Below, one piece after another: positions 16,709 to 21,904 of a DNA stretch of 21,904 nucleotides (position 1 is the stretch's first letter; every line of letters starts with the position of its first letter). The notes below the pieces were generated by a model. It saw only the letters and a list, made by a program, of their open reading frames with translations. It was not told the origin of the DNA and searched no databases. The position numbers and the translations under genes were made by a program. Origin of the DNA: Aquificaceae bacterium (lineage in GTDB: Bacteria > Aquificota > Aquificia > Aquificales > Aquificaceae); contig JBCNVD010000028.1 in assembly GCA_039630345.1 (NCBI GenBank), positions 1 to 21,904 of the forward strand, given 5' to 3'.

Positions 16709-17398
16709 TCCGTGCGGGGGGGCGCAAAAGGGGCAGATACTTACGCCCGACAGGGCGGATTTGAAATTTTCAAAACTTATCTTTCCCTGAGAGAGAGCCA
16801 GAGAGCATCCGACAAGTCTTCTTACCATGTAGCGAAGAAAGTGAGAGGCTCCTATCTTGAGAGTTATCACGCCGCCAGCGCTCTCAACAGTTGCCCTGTC
16901 TATAAAGATTCTGGTGTTTTTCTTAGGTTCTAGCTTGCAAAAAGCCCTAAAGTCGTGAAGACCAACCAGAGAGCTCCAGGCAGTTTTTAAAAGCTGGAGG
17001 TCAAATTCGCGATTTAGAAAAAGACAATAAGGCATCAGGAAAGGGTCCTGCACTGTCATGATGCAATAGCTATAGACTTTGAAAATGGTGTCAAATCGGG
17101 CGTTGAAGCGCTCTTTGAGCTCAAGAGAGAAAACCCTTATATCATTGGGCAAAACGCCATTTAAGGCTCTTTTGAGTTTATCAAGGTCCGGGATAGATTC
17201 TAGGTTAGAGCTTGCTATGTATCTTCTTGCATGCACGCCTGCATCTGTCCTGCAACAGCCTGTGACTCTATGCTCTTTGCCAAGGATCAATTTAAGAGCT
17301 CTTTCGAGCTCGCCCTGGACGGTGCGAAGACCGGGCTGAAATTGCCAGCCGTGGAAGTGTGTCCCTATAAAACTCAGTCCAAGAACCAGTGAAGGCAC
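16676..17398 (-). CDS. truA: tRNA pseudouridine(38-40) synthase
   Basis: Motifs GTHFHGWQ.Q, TVQGELE, RTDAGVHA, FNARF, FLRYMVR and APPHGLTL. Confidence 0.95.
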   Translation of the reverse strand: MPSLVLGLSFIGTHFHGWQFQPGLRTVQGELERALKLILGKEHRVTGCCRTDAGVHARRYIASSNLESIPDLDKLKRALNGVLPNDIRVFSLELKERFNARFDTIFKVYSYCIMTVQDPFLMPYCLFLNREFDLQLLKTAWSSLVGLHDFRAFCKLEPKKNTRIFIDRATVESAGGVITLKIGASHFLRYMVRRLVGCSLALSQGKISFENFKSALSGVSICPFCAPPHGLTLEEVIPRA

Positions 17399-17410
17399 TA
17401 AGATAAATTA
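17399..17410. promoter_or_regulatory. 12-bp bidirectional promoter core for leaderless truA and trpB
   Basis: The whole spacer is TAAGAT|AAATTA. Plus strand: TAAGAT, 6 nt, ATG. Minus strand: TAATTT, 6 nt, GTG. Confidence 0.65.
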
Positions 17411-18586
17411 ATGGTTAAGAGAGGATACTTTGGCGAATTTGGGGGAAGGTTTGTCCCTGAGACGCTCTTTTTTGCCCTTGAAGAGCTGGAACTCTTTTAT
17501 GAGGAGCTAAGCAAAGACCCGGGCTTTTGGCAAGAGCTAAATAAATACCTAAATACCTTCGCAGGGAGACCAACGCCCCTTTACTTTGCAAAAAACCTGA
17601 CAGATTATGCAAACGGGGCAAAAATTTACCTAAAGCGGGAAGACCTGCTTCATACAGGGGCTCATAAAATCAACAACGCCATAGGTCAGGTGCTTATTGC
17701 TAAAAAGATGGGCAAAAGGAGAATAATCGCAGAAACAGGGGCAGGTCAACACGGGGTTGCCACAGCAAGCGCCTGTGCGCTCTTTGGACTTGAATGCACC
17801 ATCTATATGGGCACAGAGGATGCAAGAAGGCAGGAACTAAATGTTTATAGAATGAGGCTAATGGGTGCTGAGGTAAGGCTCGTCCCACCAGAGAGTGCAA
17901 CCTTAAAAGATGCAATAAACGAGGCTATGAGAGACTGGGTGAGCTCTTTAAAAGACACTCACTATGTAATAGGCTCTGTGGTCGGACCTCACCCATTTCC
18001 TACTATAGTTAGAGACTTTCAGAGGATCATAGGAAAGGAGATAAAAAGCCAGATTTTAGAGCTTGAGGGTAAATTACCGGATGCAATCCTTGCCTGTGTC
18101 GGTGGGGGTTCAAATGCCATAGGGGCCTTTTACGAGTTTTTAAAAGATGGGACTGCTCTAATTGGCGTAGAAGCCGGAGGGAAGGGCATTGGCTTTGGTC
18201 AAAATTCAGCCAGCATAACCCTTGGGGAGATCGGGATTTTACATGGCATGCGCTCTTTGTTTTTACAGGACGAATATGGCAACATAGCCCCAACTCACTC
18301 AATCTCAGCAGGGCTTGACTATCCTGGCGTAGGTCCTGAACATGCTCATTTTTTTAAAACAGGTAGGGTAAAGTATCTAAGAGCCACAGACCAGGAAGCG
18401 ATAGAGGGCTTTAAGCTCCTCTCTAGGCTCGAGGGCATTATCCCGGCTCTTGAGCCGGCACATGCGGTTTTAAAAACCATTGAGGTTGCAAAAGAGCTCG
18501 GAAAAAACTCCATAGTCGTTTTAAACTTATCAGGAAGGGGCGATAAAGATATAAACACAGTTAGAAACTTTGATGGAAGCTTGTAG
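17411..18586 (+). CDS. trpB: Tryptophan synthase beta subunit (TrpB1)
   Basis: Motifs [13 protein letters not shown], the PLP-lysine motif [43 protein letters not shown] and LSGRGDKD. Confidence 0.98.
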   Translation: MVKRGYFGEFGGRFVPETLFFALEELELFYEELSKDPGFWQELNKYLNTFAGRPTPLYFAKNLTDYANGAKIYLKREDLLHTGAHKINNAIGQVLIAKKMGKRRIIAETGAGQHGVATASACALFGLECTIYMGTEDARRQELNVYRMRLMGAEVRLVPPESATLKDAINEAMRDWVSSLKDTHYVIGSVVGPHPFPTIVRDFQRIIGKEIKSQILELEGKLPDAILACVGGGSNAIGAFYEFLKDGTALIGVEAGGKGIGFGQNSASITLGEIGILHGMRSLFLQDEYGNIAPTHSISAGLDYPGVGPEHAHFFKTGRVKYLRATDQEAIEGFKLLSRLEGIIPALEPAHAVLKTIEVAKELGKNSIVVLNLSGRGDKDINTVRNFDGSL

Positions 18587-18773
18587 GGTCTGCGGGACTA
18601 TTCTTGAAGTTGCAGAATGCTGTGGAGGCGGAGTGTTTCTTTGCCCAAATTGCAACGCTATATACTTTCCCTGTGAGGAATCTCAAAAATGCTCTGAGGA
18701 GGCTCATAAATTAGCTCAAGCGCAGTCTCAAGAGGATCAAACCCCTCATACAAAACCTTATAAACAGCCCTAA
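18573..18773 (+). CDS. Small Cys-rich zinc-ribbon-like protein (hypothetical)
   Basis: CRVCG...ECCGGG..CPNC..Y occupies the otherwise empty trpB-gpsA gap. The start overlaps the trpB end by 14 nt. Confidence 0.55.
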   Translation: MEACRVCGTILEVAECCGGGVFLCPNCNAIYFPCEESQKCSEEAHKLAQAQSQEDQTPHTKPYKQP

Positions 18774-19653
18774 AAATAGGTGTATAAAGTCCTGCCCTTT
18801 TTGAGAGCTCGTTAATGGCCTTTACAGTGTAAAACCCCTCTACTGTCTGGCTAATTTCCATAAGAGCATCCTCAACGCTTTTGCCGCTGCCTACTAAAAA
18901 CCCCAGCGCATAATTGCGCGAAAGGAATGAGCAAGAGGTCAAGATTAAATCCCCAAGCCCTGATAGCCCAAAAAAAGTCTCTCTTTTGGCCCCAAAGAGC
19001 TCGCCTAGTCTTATCATCTCTAAAAGCCCTCTGGTTATCAAAGAGGCTCTTGCGTTTTCACCAAAGCCAAGCCCGTCAGAAAGCCCGCAAGCTATGGCAA
19101 CCACATTTTTGAGGCTTCCACCAAGCTCAACGCCTGCAAGGTCAGTCGATAGATAAACCCTCATCTGCGGAGAGAGAAATATCTCTCTAGAACTTTCTAA
19201 CAAATCCCTGTCATCACCTGCCAGAACAACAGCGCATGGCAACCCCTCGGCAACTTCCTTCGCAAAGGAAGGTCCAGATAGAGTCATAAAGTGCGCCTTC
19301 GGCGCAATTTCTTTAACAATCTCAGAGACTCTAAGCCCGGTTTTTATCTCAATCCCTTTAGAGGCACTTATAACTATCCTCTTACCAAGGTCTAAATTAC
19401 TAATCACCTCTCTAATGCTTTGCACAGGCAAACAAACAAGAATCACCTCAGAAAACTCAAGAACCTCTCGTATATCAGCGCTTGCTCTAATTTCTTTAGG
19501 CAAACTTAACCCCAGATAAGGATGAAAGCCTCTATTTATCTCGCTGGCAATAGAGTCTTTTCTAGCGAAAATTAAAACCCTATGCCCAAGGCGCGATAGG
19601 TGCAAAGAAAGAGCCGCTGCCCACCTGCCTGCTCCCAGAACAGAGATGTTCAT
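18658..19653 (-). CDS. gpsA: NAD(P)H-dependent glycerol-3-phosphate dehydrogenase
   Basis: Motifs VLGAG.W, SKGIE, SGPSFAKEV, GVELGGSLKNVVAIACG and GLGDLILTS...SRN. Confidence 0.96.
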   Translation of the reverse strand: MNISVLGAGRWAAALSLHLSRLGHRVLIFARKDSIASEINRGFHPYLGLSLPKEIRASADIREVLEFSEVILVCLPVQSIREVISNLDLGKRIVISASKGIEIKTGLRVSEIVKEIAPKAHFMTLSGPSFAKEVAEGLPCAVVLAGDDRDLLESSREIFLSPQMRVYLSTDLAGVELGGSLKNVVAIACGLSDGLGFGENARASLITRGLLEMIRLGELFGAKRETFFGLSGLGDLILTSCSFLSRNYALGFLVGSGKSVEDALMEISQTVEGFYTVKAINELSKRAGLYTPIFRAVYKVLYEGFDPLETALELIYEPPQSIFEIPHRESI

Positions 19654-19654
19654 A

Positions 19655-19670
19655 TGCTACAATAATAGCA
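19655..19670. promoter_or_regulatory. Symmetric pair of extended -10 promoters for gpsA and the tonB-like gene
   Basis: TGCTA-CAATAA-TAGCA. Plus strand TGcTACAAT is 9 nt before the ATG at 19673. Minus strand TGcTATTAT is 8 nt before the ATG at 19653. Confidence 0.65.
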
Positions 19671-19672
19671 AA

Positions 19673-20269
19673 ATGACACAATACCGATGGTCTTTTTCGA
19701 TAGCTGTATCTCTTGCCATTAACATCATCATCCTCATGACTCTATCCATCTTTGTCGCATTCAGAGCAAAGACCGACGAGCCCCTAAGGCCTCTAAAGCT
19801 CATAGAGATAAATCAAACAATAGGCTCAAGAGGCGCAAAGCCAGAGCCCTTGGCTAAAGACAGAGCTTCTAAACCCCAGATCCCTCTAGTCTCTGAAGAA
19901 GCACCAAAAGAGCCAAGCATCCTTGGCAACATAGAGAGCAAAATAAGTTCAAGGCTCTCAGAAGACTCAGGTTCTGCCTCAGAAAAGGGCACAGGCGCAG
20001 AAGGCTTTGGCATAGATCTGGGAGAGCGAAAACTCGTCTATAAGCCCCCCTTTCCTAAATTATCCTCGGATGAGCCTCTTTCCAGCGTCGTTATAAAAAT
20101 AACAGTAGAGCCCTCGGGAATAGTCTCAAAAGCCCAGATAATCCAGCGTAGCGGCTCGGCAGAAGTGGATAGAGCCCTTATTAACTTTTGCATGTCTCTT
20201 AAATTTGCTCCTATAAATTCTGGCGAGGTCCAGACTGGCACTGTTAGCTTTAAGCTAAGAGGAGGTTAA
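19673..20269 (+). CDS. TonB/TolA-like energy transducer (N-terminal TM, linker, TonB_C domain)
   Basis: Single TM SIAVSLAINIIIL. The C-terminal VVIKITVEPSG.V....IIQRSG...VDRA.....LKFAP fits TonB_C. Start moved to the ATG at 19673 to avoid overlap with gpsA. Confidence 0.8.
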   Translation: MTQYRWSFSIAVSLAINIIILMTLSIFVAFRAKTDEPLRPLKLIEINQTIGSRGAKPEPLAKDRASKPQIPLVSEEAPKEPSILGNIESKISSRLSEDSGSASEKGTGAEGFGIDLGERKLVYKPPFPKLSSDEPLSSVVIKITVEPSGIVSKAQIIQRSGSAEVDRALINFCMSLKFAPINSGEVQTGTVSFKLRGG

Positions 20270-20272
20270 GAG

Positions 20273-21070
20273 ATGAACCTAGGCAAGCAACTGAGGCTTG
20301 AGAGAATCTTTAATAGAAACAGTCAAAAGACGCTGATAGTCCCCATGGACCATGGAGTGAGCTCCGGTCCTATAGAGGGCATTGTCAATATCCGCGAGGC
20401 TATAGAGGATGTGGCAAACGCAGGCGCAAACGCAGTCGTTTTACACAAAGGCATGGTAAAAGCAGGCCACAGAGGTAAAGGCAAAGACATAGGTCTGATA
20501 GTGCATCTATCTGCCTCAACAGACTGGGCAATAACCAGAAACGACAAGGTTCTTGTATGCACTGTAGAAGAGGCAATAAAACTCGGCGCCGACGGGGTTT
20601 CTGTCCATGTCAACATTGGCGCGGATATGGAGAGGGAGATGCTAAGAGAGTTTGGATATGTCTCAAAAGTCTGTGAAGAGTGGGGAATGCCTCTTCTTGC
20701 AATGGTTTACGGAAGGGGTAAGGATATGAACCAGTATGACAAAAAAGTAGTCGCCCACTGCGCAAGGATAGGGGCAGAGCTGGGAGCAGATGTAGTCAAA
20801 GTTCCATATACAGGCGATGAAGAGAGCTTTAAAGAGGCAATACAGGGCTGTCCAATCCCTGTGGTGATAGCAGGCGGTCCAAAAATGAGCTCGAATGATG
20901 AAGTCCTGAAGATGGTCGATGGTGCAATAAAAGCAGGTGCAAAAGGCTTATCAATAGGTAGAAACATCTTTCAGGATAAAAAAAGAGTTAAGCTCGTTAA
21001 AGCTCTTTGCTCAATCTTGCACGAAAATGCAAGCATAGAAACTGCCAGAAAGTTTCTGGAGGATAGTTAA
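20273..21070 (+). CDS. aroA': 2-amino-3,7-dideoxy-D-threo-hept-6-ulosonate synthase (AroA', DhnA-type class I aldolase family)
   Basis: Motifs [46 protein letters not shown] and GRNIFQ. SD GGAGG at 20261-20265. The partner aroB' is in the same window. Fructose-bisphosphate aldolase activity cannot be excluded. Confidence 0.8.
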   Translation: MNLGKQLRLERIFNRNSQKTLIVPMDHGVSSGPIEGIVNIREAIEDVANAGANAVVLHKGMVKAGHRGKGKDIGLIVHLSASTDWAITRNDKVLVCTVEEAIKLGADGVSVHVNIGADMEREMLREFGYVSKVCEEWGMPLLAMVYGRGKDMNQYDKKVVAHCARIGAELGADVVKVPYTGDEESFKEAIQGCPIPVVIAGGPKMSSNDEVLKMVDGAIKAGAKGLSIGRNIFQDKKRVKLVKALCSILHENASIETARKFLEDS

Positions 21071-21071
21071 T

Positions 21072-21866
21072 ATGGGGATTTTAGAGGGCAAAAGAGCCCT
21101 TATTACAGGGATTGCAAACGAAAGAAGTATCGCTTATGGAATTGCAAAGTCTTTTTTCAATCACGGAGCGACGCTCTGTTTTGCATGTGCTAACGAAAAG
21201 CTCCGAAAAAGAGTCGAAGAGCTCTCTCAACAGCTAGGTGGAGGTTTGGTCTTTGAATGTGATGTAAGCAAAGACGAGGATATAAAAAACCTCAAAGATT
21301 CTATTGAAAAACACTATGGGAAAATTGATATTTTAGTGCACTCCATAGCCTTTGCCCCAAAAGAGGAGTTCAAAAGCGGAGTTTTGGAAACTTCGCGCGA
21401 GGGGTTTAAATCAGCGATGGATATATCAGTTTATTCTCTAATCGCGCTTACGCGCGAGATACTGCCTTTAATCAGGGAAAAGGGCGCGATATTGACGCTA
21501 AGTTACTATGGCGCTCAGAAGGTAGTGCCTCACTACAACATCATGGGCATAGCAAAAGCTGCACTTGAAAGCACCGTTAGATACCTTGCCTACGACCTTG
21601 GAAAACTGGGCATAAGAATCAACGCAATCTCTGCAGGGCCTGTTAAAACCCTTGCCGCATATAGCATCACAGGCTTTCATCTGCTTATGGAACACACCAC
21701 GCGGGTAAACCCATTTAAAAGACCAATCAGCATAGAAGAAGTCGGAGAGGCATCGGCATTTTTATGTAGCGAAATGGCAAGCGCAATAACAGGTGAGGTT
21801 TTATTTGTAGACAACGGCTATCACATAATGGGCGTTTTTGAAAGGGAAGAAGACTATCGCTCCTGA
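21072..21866 (+). CDS. fabI: Enoyl-ACP reductase
   Basis: Motifs GIANERSIAYGIA, HSIAFAP, DISVYSL, YNIMGIAKAALES and NAISAGPVKTLA. Confidence 0.96.
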   Translation: MGILEGKRALITGIANERSIAYGIAKSFFNHGATLCFACANEKLRKRVEELSQQLGGGLVFECDVSKDEDIKNLKDSIEKHYGKIDILVHSIAFAPKEEFKSGVLETSREGFKSAMDISVYSLIALTREILPLIREKGAILTLSYYGAQKVVPHYNIMGIAKAALESTVRYLAYDLGKLGIRINAISAGPVKTLAAYSITGFHLLMEHTTRVNPFKRPISIEEVGEASAFLCSEMASAITGEVLFVDNGYHIMGVFEREEDYRS

Positions 21867-21871
21867 ATAAT

Positions 21872-21904
21872 ATGGAATTTAGAAACTTTGGTCTGACAGA
21901 GGAA
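21872..21904 (+). CDS. N-terminus of the next gene (MEFRNFGLTEE...), truncated by the window edge
   Basis: ATG 5 nt after the fabI stop, open to the window end. F..FGL.EE resembles the start of a DEAD-box helicase Q-motif region, but it is too short to call. Confidence 0.4.
   Translation, partial: MEFRNFGLTEE

Noticed and set aside
19646..19672. Overlapping starts of gpsA and the tonB-like gene
   Set aside because: The ATG at 19673 fits better, and the intervening DNA looks like a promoter.
1223..21695. Numerous 60-130 aa ORFs nested in or antisense to conserved genes
   Set aside because: They have no recognisable motifs or SDs and are explained as shadow frames.
1..21904. CRISPR arrays, IS elements, prophage or an integrated island at tRNA-Leu
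   Set aside because: I saw no spaced direct repeats, transposase or integrase genes, or duplicated tRNA 3' end. The tRNA is flanked directly by housekeeping genes.

Overview
A very gene-dense core-genome window from a member of Aquificota, probably Aquificaceae, judged from 16S signatures and gene content. It starts with the 5' ~400 nt of a minus-strand 16S rRNA gene and its sigma70 promoter. About 24 CDSs follow: pseH-like, glyA, glcD/D-lactate dehydrogenase-like, rlpA, fasciclin, acs, ffh, TPR lipoprotein, IorAB-type molybdoenzyme, recR, ChaN-like, RHH protein, hisC, archaeal-type aroB' and aroA', a Cys-rich poly-Gly lipoprotein, a 2Fe-2S ferredoxin, hisA, truA, trpB, a small Zn-ribbon ORF, gpsA, TonB-like and fabI. 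There is also one tRNA-Leu(GAG). I saw no mobile elements, CRISPR arrays or defence genes. Four signals stand out. (1) Six of seven divergent gene pairs are separated by a tiny spacer holding -10 hexamers on both strands, often 6-9 nt from a start codon with no SD, which suggests bidirectional, largely leaderless promoters. The extreme case is truA/trpB, where the 12-bp spacer is exactly two hexamers. (2) The molybdoenzyme large subunit has a hidden 50-codon N-terminus with a Tat signal, and that signal appears to need a CTG start. (3) There are uncharacterised proteins: the G18 Cys-rich lipoprotein, an 8-Cys Zn-ribbon mini-protein and an RlpA with a duplicated domain. (4) GAGCTC is strongly enriched and GATC depleted by hand count. 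Several ORF-track starts were corrected using SD and overlap evidence. All functional calls come from motif recognition by eye, with no database searches.
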